From a virus, in the IMG/VR virus record IMGVR_UViG_3300008954_000029, positions 20,663-84,662 of that record: DNA of 64,000 nucleotides; one strand, 5' to 3'. Positions 35,927 through 43,710 of the stretch are shown one piece after another (the first letter of the stretch is position 1; every line of letters starts with the position of its first letter). The position numbers and the translations under genes were made by a program. The notes under the pieces are model-generated. The model ran no database searches. It was not told where the DNA came from and saw only the letters and a list, made by a program, of their open reading frames with translations.

Positions 35927-36014
35927 CAGAGAAGGAGGGATTCGAACCCTCGGTACGCTTTTGACGCACACACGATTTCCAGTCGTGCACCTTCGGCCTC
36001 TCGGTCACTTCTCT
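35927..36014 (-). tRNA. tRNA-Ser(GGA)
   Basis: long variable arm, anticodon arm CACGA-CTGGAAA-TCGTG, G73. Confidence 0.93.
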
Positions 36015-36042
36015 ATAAGCCAGAATTCATGTTTTTCAAAAG

Positions 36043-36116
36043 TACGCCCGGTAGGAATCGAACCTACAACCGATGGGTTAAAAGCCCAGTGCTCTGCCTG
36101 GTTGAGCTACGAGCGC
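36043..36116 (-). tRNA. tRNA-Lys(UUU)
   Basis: anticodon loop CTTTTAA, T arm GTAGG-TTCGATT-CCTAC. Confidence 0.9.
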
Positions 36117-36127
36117 TTACTCCCCAA

Positions 36128-36475
36128 CTATCTTGACGACATCGCCGTCTTCGTCTTACCTTCCCAGATACTATTCTTGACCTTAATGGTCACATGCCAT
36201 CGTTTATGAACTTCTGAAGCGATCCTCTCCTTCAGCGGCACGGCCATTGTGTGCGTCAGCCTGGTGTTGAATGGGGGCTCTTGTTGAATAATGACCAGCT
36301 TCACTTCTGCGTCGAGCTCAAGGAACTTGTATTTTACACCCTCCTTTTCAAATAGTCTAGCACTTTCCTCTCCGCAAATAACCTCTGCTAGAGCTACCTT
36401 TTGTACAAAACTCTTGTGCTTCTCTCTTGCCTTAAGATCCGCTCGTGTCGCCATAAAAAGTGTTTCCTTCTCCAT
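36128..36475 (-). CDS. hypothetical protein within tRNA cluster
   Basis: 115 aa ORF with GAGG SD. Confidence 0.55.
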   Translation of the reverse strand: MEKETLFMATRADLKAREKHKSFVQKVALAEVICGEESARLFEKEGVKYKFLELDAEVKLVIIQQEPPFNTRLTHTMAVPLKERIASEVHKRWHVTIKVKNSIWEGKTKTAMSSR

Positions 36476-36528
36476 TAACTAGACCTCACCAAGTTCTTTG
36501 CGCACCAATTAAATTTTCAACTTCCAAG

Positions 36529-36601
36529 TTGGCCCACCGGGACTTGAACCCGGAACCGCCCGCTTATAAGACGGGTGCTCTAACCCTTGAGCTATGGGCC
36601 A
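36529..36601 (-). tRNA. tRNA-Ile(UAU)
   Basis: acceptor TGGCCCA/TGGGCCA, anticodon arm CCCGT-CTTATAA-GCGGG, T arm CCGGG-TTCAAGT-CCCGG. Confidence 0.88.
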
Positions 36602-36655
36602 GTATCGGAAAACGGGGCCGACAACTGTCTCGCTCCCGACCCCGTTTATGTTACT

Positions 36656-36684
36656 AATATATCAAAGTACCTTCTCTAAGTCAA
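36656..36684 (-). promoter_or_regulatory. sigma70-like promoter for tRNA cluster
   Basis: TTGACT-17-TATATT. Confidence 0.7.
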
Positions 36685-36705
36685 GAGAAAAGTGCACTTT
36701 ACATA

Positions 36706-36831
36706 TTACTTTCCTTGACCTCGATACTTCTTCCTGTAGTGCTTGGACTGACCTTTGGGACCGGGGCGGCCCCACTTTGTGAACACACTGCAGCCCTGTC
36801 GGACCTTCTTCTTTTGTCCTCGATTCTTCAT
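36706..36831 (-). CDS. small basic protein (41 aa, ends KKYRGQGK)
   Basis: manual translation MKNRGQKKKVRQGCSVFTKWGRPGPKGQSKHYRKKYRGQGK; AAGGA SD. Confidence 0.7.
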   Translation of the reverse strand: MKNRGQKKKVRQGCSVFTKWGRPGPKGQSKHYRKKYRGQGK

Positions 36832-36843
36832 TGTTTTCCTTTT

Positions 36844-37539
36844 TTAGTCTGAATTCTTCTTTAGTTTTGTAAGAAAGGAGTTGAGTACTCCTCTGTGGTG
36901 CCAGTAATACTTCGGCGTCTTGTTTTCAACTTGTAACTTTTCTTCGCGAATGCGAATCTCCCTTACGAGAGCATCTTCTTCGTTGATGTCACCGTTGATA
37001 ACTGGCTGGTTGGACTCTTCAACGATTTCGTAATCTTCGTCGAAGAAGGGGATGATGAACTTGCGGCCAGAGGAGTGCCTCTCCTGAGAGTAGAAGTCTT
37101 CACGGTCCTGGACGTCAGAACCAACAAGAGCAACGTCCCTTTCCTGGACCACCTTGTAACCTTCAATGTACTGAAAGCGCATTGATTCATCATCCCTCTT
37201 GATCCCCCAGATTACAGACTCTTGTCCGAAGTCCTTGCCAAGGTTCATAATCTCGGACTTTGTGATGTTGGGAACAAGAAAAGAGTTTTCAAGATTGCCG
37301 AACTTTCCCTTGATCCTGATGTAGCCCAGATTCCTCTCGCGCAGACGTTCTTGGAGAAGCTTGTTACGCTCTTGATTCTCTTGTGGATTCAGTTGGTTGC
37401 CGTCAGGGTTCTCTGCGGTGATGAATCCAACTGTATGGACGTTAGGGACGGAGCCCATGAGCATGTTGGCGATGCGAGGAAACCCCGACTCTGTAATCAA
37501 GGTCTTTCGCCAACTTTCCATAATTTCTCTCATTATCAT
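36844..37539 (-). CDS. DUF3293-like protein with SWRKTLITE leader
   Basis: GFITAENP..NQERN..L..GY..G..ENSFLV pattern; ACTATTTA upstream. Confidence 0.55.
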   Translation of the reverse strand: MIMREIMESWRKTLITESGFPRIANMLMGSVPNVHTVGFITAENPDGNQLNPQENQERNKLLQERLRERNLGYIRIKGKFGNLENSFLVPNITKSEIMNLGKDFGQESVIWGIKRDDESMRFQYIEGYKVVQERDVALVGSDVQDREDFYSQERHSSGRKFIIPFFDEDYEIVEESNQPVINGDINEEDALVREIRIREEKLQVENKTPKYYWHHRGVLNSFLTKLKKNSD

Positions 37540-37546
37540 TGTCCTA

Positions 37547-37554
37547 TAAATAGT
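37547..37554 (-). promoter_or_regulatory. putative late promoter ACTATTTA
   Basis: recurrent motif. Confidence 0.65.
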
Positions 37555-37557
37555 TGC

Positions 37558-37764
37558 TTATTCTTCTTTGCTCTCGTCTTCTTCCTTGGGCAAATAGTTG
37601 AGGTTTGCGACCACAAATACTATAATACCACCGATGATTGACAAAGTCAAGAACAGATTACGAATTGTCTCAAGCAACAATTTGGTATTCTTTATCTCCG
37701 CGATACTTGACAAACCAGTCGGGGACCTTACTCTTCGGGTATCGCATATTACTCTTGTTGGCAT
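37558..37764 (-). CDS. small membrane protein (true start probably TTG near 37677)
   Basis: one TM helix, acidic tail; fills gap between genes. Confidence 0.4.
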   Translation of the reverse strand: MPTRVICDTRRVRSPTGLSSIAEIKNTKLLLETIRNLFLTLSIIGGIIVFVVANLNYLPKEEDESKEE

Positions 37765-38185
37765 AATAACGACGGTATGACTCCACGATGTTGTCGCCTT
37801 TGAAATAATCAGGCATTGCCATCTTCAACGGAGTTGAAAAGTGACAATCAAAGTTGTCGCGGTCATACAAGGAGACGACCTGATCTAGCACGGCATCGCA
37901 CTTATGTGTCTTACCGAATCTCTCGGTATACTCCTCTAGCATCGCGGCGCAGTGAACAACAAGCGCCCTAAAGTTTGCTGAAGATTCAGCGGCCCATAAA
38001 CACGATGGGTGTTTAGGATTAAAAGATTTATAGGGTGCTTGGATCCCCTGCTCGTTCAAGACCGTGGAAAGGATCTGACAAGACTCCAAAATCATCTTGA
38101 CGACGCGCAAGTTATCTAGCGACTGTGCAGACTTGACCCAATCAACGTCGCCATCGTTATTGCTTTCAATGGCGAAAATGTTCAC
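37670..38185 (-). CDS. pyrimidine-dimer DNA glycosylase (DenV)-related protein
   Basis: GTG start NIFAI..VVKMILESCQILST..HPSCLW..EY..RFGK.H..MAMPD..SYRRYY. Confidence 0.7.
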   Translation of the reverse strand: MNIFAIESNNDGDVDWVKSAQSLDNLRVVKMILESCQILSTVLNEQGIQAPYKSFNPKHPSCLWAAESSANFRALVVHCAAMLEEYTERFGKTHKCDAVLDQVVSLYDRDNFDCHFSTPLKMAMPDYFKGDNIVESYRRYYANKSNMRYPKSKVPDWFVKYRGDKEYQIVA

Positions 38186-38472
38186 AGGATCATCTTCTTT
38201 ACTTGGTCGTAAGCGTCGATAAGAGCATCCATGTCCTTCTCGTTCTTGATCATCCGATAAGCCTTGACGGCGGCCCAAATCTCATCCTTGGTGAGGTACC
38301 CCTCCTCAATGTAAGACTTGCGCATGTCGCGCTTGTGCTCCTTGAAGGGCTCCATAGCGGCCTCGGTTTCCGCTAGGTCCTTCAAATAGTTCTTGACGTG
38401 CTCCTCCTTTGAAAGGACAACACCCTCTTCCTCATCATCCTGATAAGGCTCAATGTGCACTACGTTACTCAT
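38182..38472 (-). CDS. small helical protein, DUF2312/T4 DsbA-like dsDNA binder
   Basis: coiled coil followed by KSY..GY..short helix layout. Confidence 0.45.
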   Translation of the reverse strand: MSNVVHIEPYQDDEEEGVVLSKEEHVKNYLKDLAETEAAMEPFKEHKRDMRKSYIEEGYLTKDEIWAAVKAYRMIKNEKDMDALIDAYDQVKKMIL

Positions 38473-38736
38473 TTATTCTTCTCCTTTACTAATCCAATCG
38501 TCAATGGAAATCATCGACAGTGCGAAAGCCCCACCAACAAGGTACAGGCCCAAAACGAACTTTGCTGCTGCGGCAGCGTCATCAGTGGCGACCCAAAGAC
38601 TCGTAAACGATACGAGTACCCACAACAGGTTCGCCACCACTCTTCTACTATTTTTTGTCTTAAACATACTAACCTCCTTAGTTATTTTCGTAAGCAGCCA
38701 GGAGTTCAAAAGACTCTCGTGACTGCTTTTCCTCAT
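38473..38736 (-). CDS. two-TM membrane protein (probable start MFKTK)
   Basis: two hydrophobic helices; GGAGG SD before MFKTK. Confidence 0.55.
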   Translation of the reverse strand: MRKSSHESLLNSWLLTKITKEVSMFKTKNSRRVVANLLWVLVSFTSLWVATDDAAAAAKFVLGLYLVGGAFALSMISIDDWISKGEE

Positions 38737-39154
38737 TAGCCCTAATCTTCTCTAACTCGCCCTGGTAAATTCTTTCTCTTAACTCTGTCGTTGACCAACC
38801 GTGGTCTCTACTGTTGAAGTATACCTTAATTGGTAGGTCGTGTCCAGTAAAATCTTTACCCTTATGGTCGGCGCCTATAATGCGAACTTCCGGATTGATG
38901 AACCGGAGGAGTTCGTACAATTCCTCCTCGGTGCTGTACTCAACAACCTCATCCACGTGCCTAACTGCTCGCAATTGGATGCGGCGCTCGTCTAGACTCT
39001 GAACAGGCTTGTTCTTGGCCGGCCTATCAATGGTCGGATCCGTTTGAAGTCCGACAATCAGATAGTCACAAACAGAGCGCGCCTCTTGAAGCATCAGGAC
39101 GTGGCCTGCGTGAAGCAAGTCAAAGGCGCCGCAAGTAAATCCTTTATTCATCAC
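38678..39154 (-). CDS. cytidylyltransferase (TagD-like, HxGH family)
   Basis: GAFDLLHAGH, LIVGL, NKP, STT. Confidence 0.88.
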   Translation of the reverse strand: MMNKGFTCGAFDLLHAGHVLMLQEARSVCDYLIVGLQTDPTIDRPAKNKPVQSLDERRIQLRAVRHVDEVVEYSTEEELYELLRFINPEVRIIGADHKGKDFTGHDLPIKVYFNSRDHGWSTTELRERIYQGELEKIRANEEKQSRESFELLAAYENN

Positions 39155-39377
39155 TCCCCTCTCTCAATGAGATAAGCCTGTCTATGTAAAATCGTGCTTT
39201 TTTCAAGTCTTCAAGTGGTTTGTCTTTATGCTTGTGCCTTGTAACATACTTTACTACATTACCCTCATTAAAATCTAAATCCCAAGACTCGATGAAATCA
39301 ATAACTTCAATCCCCTTGTTGTAGTGCTCTGGGTGGAACACCATCTCCCTTTTCTTCGGCACGGTGTCTTCACTCAT
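39144..39377 (-). CDS. DUF3310 / T7 gp1.7-like protein
   Basis: HPEHY..IEVID..GNVVKY..R..K..EDLKKA.FY. Confidence 0.88.
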   Translation of the reverse strand: MSEDTVPKKREMVFHPEHYNKGIEVIDFIESWDLDFNEGNVVKYVTRHKHKDKPLEDLKKARFYIDRLISLREGSDE

Positions 39378-39391
39378 CGCACACTCCTCGG

Positions 39392-39473
39392 TAGGAAAGG
39401 CGGGACTCGAACCCGCAAGCCCGAAGGGCGGGAGATTTTAAGTCTCCTGTGTATGCCGTTCCACCACTTTCCC
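39392..39473 (-). tRNA. tRNA-Leu(UAA)
   Basis: anticodon arm GGAGA-CTTAAAA-TCTCC, variable arm, T arm GCGGG-TTCGAGT-CCCGC. Confidence 0.93.
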
Positions 39474-39486
39474 GAACTGTGTGATT

Positions 39487-39515
39487 ATAATACCTCATTT
39501 AGGACATCGTGTCAA
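39487..39515 (-). promoter_or_regulatory. sigma70-like promoter for tRNA-Leu
   Basis: TTGACA-17-TATTAT. Confidence 0.75.
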
Positions 39516-39765
39516 GAGTTTTCTTCAACATACGGATCTCTTCTTCCAGTTCTGCGTAGGGCCTCTTACGCTTGCTGAAGCCTTCCCACAAAGATAGCAC
39601 GATTGCGTTAAGAACCAGCAGACTATACACAGACATTGATACGGTCGCCGCTGTGTCGCTGATTGCCATACAAATAGCAGTCATCACAAAGGTGAGTTTT
39701 GCCAAGATAAAGCTTACAGCCGCTACCTGTATGCGCAGCGATCCCTCTAAAAAGGCTTGAAACAT
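39499..39765 (-). CDS. two-TM membrane protein
   Basis: two hydrophobic helices, charged tail. Confidence 0.55.
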   Translation of the reverse strand: MFQAFLEGSLRIQVAAVSFILAKLTFVMTAICMAISDTAATVSMSVYSLLVLNAIVLSLWEGFSKRKRPYAELEEEIRMLKKTLDTMS

Positions 39766-39769
39766 TTAT

Positions 39770-40639
39770 TTAGCGGCGGCGCAAAAGAGCGGGAAGAGGG
39801 GCATCCAGCGGCAGTACTACGTTACATCCCGTCATGGTCTCGCCAGAGCCCACCATGTCAGTCTTTCCCACCTCTTCCTCACACTCTGAGGTATTGACGA
39901 GGCCGGCGGGGCCGTTCGCACAATAATCGTCCGGACTCCACTCAGATACGTCTGAAATTCCATTGCCATCCATGTCAAAGTCGCACTCGTCCCCTATTCC
40001 ATCACGATCGGAGTCAATCTGGTGGAAATTATATACGGCAATACAGTTATCGACGTGGTCGCTGACCCCGTCGCGGTCACGGTCAGTAACACATTGCATG
40101 TTTCTGGTATAGTCGCGCCTATGCAGGAGCGGACACTCATCCGTGATATCTGGAACGCTATCGTTATCATCATCGGAATCGCAGGCGTCGCCCCAACCAT
40201 CCCCGTCTGTGTCTATCTGGCTAGGATTACTAACATCGGAGCAATTATCGTCAGGATTATTTACCGAATCGTTATCCAAGTCCTCGTCACAATAATCACC
40301 CAATCCGTCAGCGTCTCTATCAAATTGATTTGGATTCCAACTGGTTCGACAAGTGTCGCAGGCATCTCCCCACCCATCTGAGTCTATGTCCATCTGATCT
40401 GGGTTCGAGGCCCATGGGCAGTTGTCCGAATCATCCTCCACTCCATCCTCGTCATAGTCATCAGCGTATTGATAAGTGTCGCCCTGGTCGGTATTGGCGA
40501 TTAGAACGCTTCCTCCGCCTCCTCCACCCCCTCCGGATTCCTCAGGGGTCCCACACAGGCCACCGGCACACTCTCCCTCCTCGTCTGCGTGAGCGGTGCT
40601 CAGCATCAGTGCGCTAATCATAATCACATTCTTCAACAT
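39770..40639 (-). CDS. secreted thrombospondin type-3 repeat protein, MtsC-like
   Basis: signal peptide; ECxGxxCGxPxExGGG lead-in; repeated DxDxDGxGDxCD / DNCP units; C-terminal GC..LLRRR. Confidence 0.8.
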   Translation of the reverse strand: MLKNVIMISALMLSTAHADEEGECAGGLCGTPEESGGGGGGGGSVLIANTDQGDTYQYADDYDEDGVEDDSDNCPWASNPDQMDIDSDGWGDACDTCRTSWNPNQFDRDADGLGDYCDEDLDNDSVNNPDDNCSDVSNPSQIDTDGDGWGDACDSDDDNDSVPDITDECPLLHRRDYTRNMQCVTDRDRDGVSDHVDNCIAVYNFHQIDSDRDGIGDECDFDMDGNGISDVSEWSPDDYCANGPAGLVNTSECEEEVGKTDMVGSGETMTGCNVVLPLDAPLPALLRRR

Positions 40640-40666
40640 TCTTGACTCCTAGTTTAGTTTTGTTTG

Positions 40667-40888
40667 TCAGACAACTTCGAAACCCTGTGGTCCCTCAGTG
40701 AGGGTCTTGACTTCATTCTGGGCGCACAGCATCTTCCAATAAGCCGGGCTTGCGATCGTAACATCGTTTTTGAAATAAGCTTTTAACCACTTGTGTCTCG
40801 CAATGCCAGAACTAACACTAAGCGGCCTGGGGACGACAATGGTACCCAGTTTGGTTACGACAAACTCGCAAGACTTGTTTTTCTGCAC
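40667..40888 (-). CDS. hypothetical protein
   Basis: 73 aa, GTG start with GAGG SD, after promoter. Confidence 0.5.
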   Translation of the reverse strand: MQKNKSCEFVVTKLGTIVVPRPLSVSSGIARHKWLKAYFKNDVTIASPAYWKMLCAQNEVKTLTEGPQGFEVV

Positions 40889-40917
40889 CGCTCGGCCTCT
40901 CCAAAGTTTGTATTACT

Positions 40918-40946
40918 ACTATACCTTAATTTTCTTGTTTAGTCAA
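40918..40946 (-). promoter_or_regulatory. sigma70-like promoter
   Basis: TTGACT-17-TATAGT. Confidence 0.7.
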
Positions 40947-41213
40947 GGTGTTTTTTTTGATCCTCACCCAAACAGCCCAAGTCAAGGGCACCATAATCCC
41001 GTGTAAGCACAAAAGCCAACTGATGGGGGTGGCAGTATGAAACCAGGGATTAACATTGTTCCCCAGCCAGTAAAAAAGAATTGGAAACCCTATGTCCTCA
41101 ATAACTTCCCAGATCAAAAAGATAACCAGGAACGCTAAGCCGTGTTCCTTGAATGTCTTTTTTAAACGTTGTGGAGAAATGTGGTTCCACTTCTTCTTTA
41201 ACCAGCGAAACAT
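40926..41213 (-). CDS. membrane protein
   Basis: two hydrophobic segments. Confidence 0.6.
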   Translation of the reverse strand: MFRWLKKKWNHISPQRLKKTFKEHGLAFLVIFLIWEVIEDIGFPILFYWLGNNVNPWFHTATPISWLLCLHGIMVPLTWAVWVRIKKNTLTKQEN

Positions 41214-41216
41214 CTT

Positions 41217-41558
41217 TCAGTCCAAAAGCCTTATTCTCATCCTCTCGTAACCCAACTGGCCCAGATCAACAACAAAATCTAGATTTCCTTCGATGTTGGG
41301 CAAATAACATTTATCATCGTAATAAACAACTTTATCCGAGTTCGTTAATTGATAACAAATTTCTCTAGAGTGACGTTCTGTTTGTGTAGTTACCCACCTG
41401 TAAGAGTAGAGGGCGCCCACTTCAAATAACGAAAACAACACAACAAAAGCGAGAATACGCTTTTTAAATTTCTTATGTTGCTCAATTAAAAGCTGGTTTA
41501 TTTCGGCAGTCCTATCTGCTTCCTTCCTATTAGGGCAAACTGGGCAACCAACTATCAC
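41217..41558 (-). CDS. single-TM hypothetical protein
   Basis: central TM helix. Confidence 0.5.
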   Translation of the reverse strand: MIVGCPVCPNRKEADRTAEINQLLIEQHKKFKKRILAFVVLFSLFEVGALYSYRWVTTQTERHSREICYQLTNSDKVVYYDDKCYLPNIEGNLDFVVDLGQLGYERMRIRLLD

Positions 41559-41580
41559 TATTATTTTTTACCTCTGAAAA

Positions 41581-41841
41581 TTAAACCCAAGTGGAAATAA
41601 AGCCTTTATTATAACTATTCCCAATCTCATAAGATAACTCGTATTCTCCAAGAACTTTGATTACAATTTCACGCATCTTTTCTGAAAAGCCAGTAACAAT
41701 GTGAATCTCTGTTTCGTCACCCCAGTGTGACTCTATGAATCGTATGCTGGCGCTTCTAACGTCTTCGTGCCTCATAGAATGTAAATCTAGTTTAGGTATG
41801 TCTTGATACGCGTTTCTTTGGAATCGCTTACGCCTTGGCAT
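41581..41841 (-). CDS. standalone Smr-domain protein
   Basis: LDLHSM..IHIVTG..NKG matches Smr LDLHG/IITG. Confidence 0.75.
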   Translation of the reverse strand: MPRRKRFQRNAYQDIPKLDLHSMRHEDVRSASIRFIESHWGDETEIHIVTGFSEKMREIVIKVLGEYELSYEIGNSYNKGFISTWV

Positions 41842-42802
41842 TGAAGTCTGAAATATTCCTCTTAAAGTTCTGGAACAGATCGTTCAAAGAAATTTCCCCG
41901 ATGCCGTCTTCAATCATCATCTTTCGCACTTGCGTCTTGTTCAGCATCGGCACAAAACTTCCAAGAACACTGTTAATGTTCTGCTTTTGTTGAATGGAGA
42001 TTGATGGTGCGTAAAGCTGCATTAACTTGTAGTTCTCACGAATAAGACTTTCGCCTTCAATAATGTTCGTGTGCGCACCCACCTTCTTTTCAACGCCCTC
42101 ACAATACTCAATCACCTCATCAATAGAATAGTCCTTCTCCTCAGCCAAAAACGAAAGACGCTTGGCTACGGTAGGGATTCCGACGCGGCCAACCCCGGGC
42201 AAGTTATCACTGGTGTCGCCGGCGATGGCGCGAGCCAAAGCAAAGTTGGTGGGGTGAATACCAAACTTCTCAACAACTCGCGTCTTGTTCAACATTTCCT
42301 TTTGGATAGGGCGATAAAGGACGGTTTCATCGTCCAGTAGTTGGATGAAATCCTTATCGGAACTGACGATGACCTTCTGCCAGCCCTTGTGCTCCGGATG
42401 GTTGACGACATAAGAAATGATGTCATCTGCCTCTACGTGATCCGAAACAAACTGAATCATCGGCATTTCATTGAGGTATTCAAACAGCCTCGTCTGTTGC
42501 CAGATCTTGTTGGCGATCTCCTCGTTCTCAGAGAGATTCCTGATGGTGCGATTGAGGCGGATGGGCTTGCGGCCTTCCTTGTAGCCCTTGTTGGTGCTCT
42601 TCCTCTTCTGAGAACCACCAGCACCGTCCCAGCAGACAACTATTTTGTCTGGCTTAATCTCCCTTACGAGACGGTTGGTAATCTTCAAAAAACCCTTCAA
42701 GCCACCAATAGGTTGTCCGTTTGAGGACAGGCTAGGGTCAACGATGTACGCCCTGATAAACTGATTCACAGCATCAAGAACGAGAAGTCTTTTCGCTTTC
42801 AT
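41828..42802 (-). CDS. 5'-3' exonuclease (T4 RNase H / FEN family)
   Basis: LVLDA, WDG, YKEGR, EADD, SSDKDFIQL, GDTSDNLPGV. Confidence 0.93.
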   Translation of the reverse strand: MKAKRLLVLDAVNQFIRAYIVDPSLSSNGQPIGGLKGFLKITNRLVREIKPDKIVVCWDGAGGSQKRKSTNKGYKEGRKPIRLNRTIRNLSENEEIANKIWQQTRLFEYLNEMPMIQFVSDHVEADDIISYVVNHPEHKGWQKVIVSSDKDFIQLLDDETVLYRPIQKEMLNKTRVVEKFGIHPTNFALARAIAGDTSDNLPGVGRVGIPTVAKRLSFLAEEKDYSIDEVIEYCEGVEKKVGAHTNIIEGESLIRENYKLMQLYAPSISIQQKQNINSVLGSFVPMLNKTQVRKMMIEDGIGEISLNDLFQNFKRNISDFNAKA

Positions 42803-42823
42803 GTTTCCTTATTATAATGTTTT

Positions 42824-43024
42824 TTATTTTTCTTGTATAGAGTTAACTAAGATTAGATCTTCTTCCTCAAGCCACCTGACCGCGGCGTTCTCAAAGAAGT
42901 AAACCACGCAAATGTAATGTCCACCCCACTGTTCAACATCGACTACAATGCCTAGGCCCTCGATAGGATCGTAAGGTACCTTCAGGAACTCCTCAGCTTT
43001 CACAAGGTCGCCGATGTTTAACAA
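42824..43024 (-). CDS. small SH3-like beta-barrel hypothetical protein
   Basis: IGDLV..GIVV..V.F..DL pattern. Confidence 0.55.
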   Translation of the reverse strand: MLNIGDLVKAEEFLKVPYDPIEGLGIVVDVEQWGGHYICVVYFFENAAVRWLEEEDLILVNSIQEK

Positions 43025-43233
43025 TCATCGTCCCTCTTCTTCCTTCGGTGTGACTTGGCTTTTTGTAAATGGTTGTCTATCTTGTTGATAAGTTTCTGCT
43101 TCCAGGGGGGTAGTTCTTCGTCACCAACGGAGGCGCGTAGCAACTCCAAAATAAGGCGCAGTTCCCTCTTTGATAGGAAGACTTTCCTTAAAAAAGCGGG
43201 AATCTTTCTGGACCCTATATCGTCGTCGCTCAT
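43018..43233 (-). CDS. hypothetical protein
   Basis: 71 aa with GAGG SD; TCTATTTA variant motif at 43255-43262. Confidence 0.5.
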   Translation of the reverse strand: MSDDDIGSRKIPAFLRKVFLSKRELRLILELLRASVGDEELPPWKQKLINKIDNHLQKAKSHRRKKRDDDC

Positions 43234-43269
43234 TCATAGAACCTCTCTTCCCCTTAAATAGAGCAGGAA

Positions 43270-43668
43270 TCACAGTTTAATCCTGGAAATCTTCTCTCCA
43301 CCCTCAGTATATACCACCTTCTTCACTCCACAAAAGCGAAGAACCTCCTCACACATAGCGCACGGCTTGGACATCCTGAACTCTCCCATACGATTTGTTC
43401 TACAAACATACATCGTCGCTCCAGTAGTTATTGAGCGATCCAGACCAAGAATGGCTCCTAGTTCGGCGTGATGAGTGGCGTGGCCACAGTCCTTCACGTT
43501 GCGAAACCTGTTCCCAAATCTCTTGTGTTGGTCCTTGTTGAAGGCTGTATTAATAACGGAGCCGCCCTTCACTAGGACGGCTCCGTGCTTAAAGGTATCG
43601 TGGGCGCTTTGTTGAGATACGCGGCGGGCCAAGTTGAGATAATTTCTAATCTTGTTCGATATCTTCAT
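43270..43668 (-). CDS. Zn-dependent cytidine/dCMP deaminase-fold protein
   Basis: HGAVL, HAE, PCAMC. Confidence 0.85.
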   Translation of the reverse strand: MKISNKIRNYLNLARRVSQQSAHDTFKHGAVLVKGGSVINTAFNKDQHKRFGNRFRNVKDCGHATHHAELGAILGLDRSITTGATMYVCRTNRMGEFRMSKPCAMCEEVLRFCGVKKVVYTEGGEKISRIKL

Positions 43669-43674
43669 ACAACA

Positions 43675-43703
43675 AGAATACCAAGAAAAGACTAAAAAGT
43701 CAA
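43675..43703 (-). promoter_or_regulatory. sigma70-like promoter (leaderless)
   Basis: TTGACT-17-TATTCT, ATG 6 nt after -10. Confidence 0.7.
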
Positions 43704-43710
43704 GAAATTT

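Noticed and set aside
2608-40639. CRISPR array or DNA tandem repeats
   Set aside because: The only repeats found are degenerate protein-level Cys/Asp repeats and a short Gly codon run near 40510-40535; I saw no repeat-spacer structure or cas genes.
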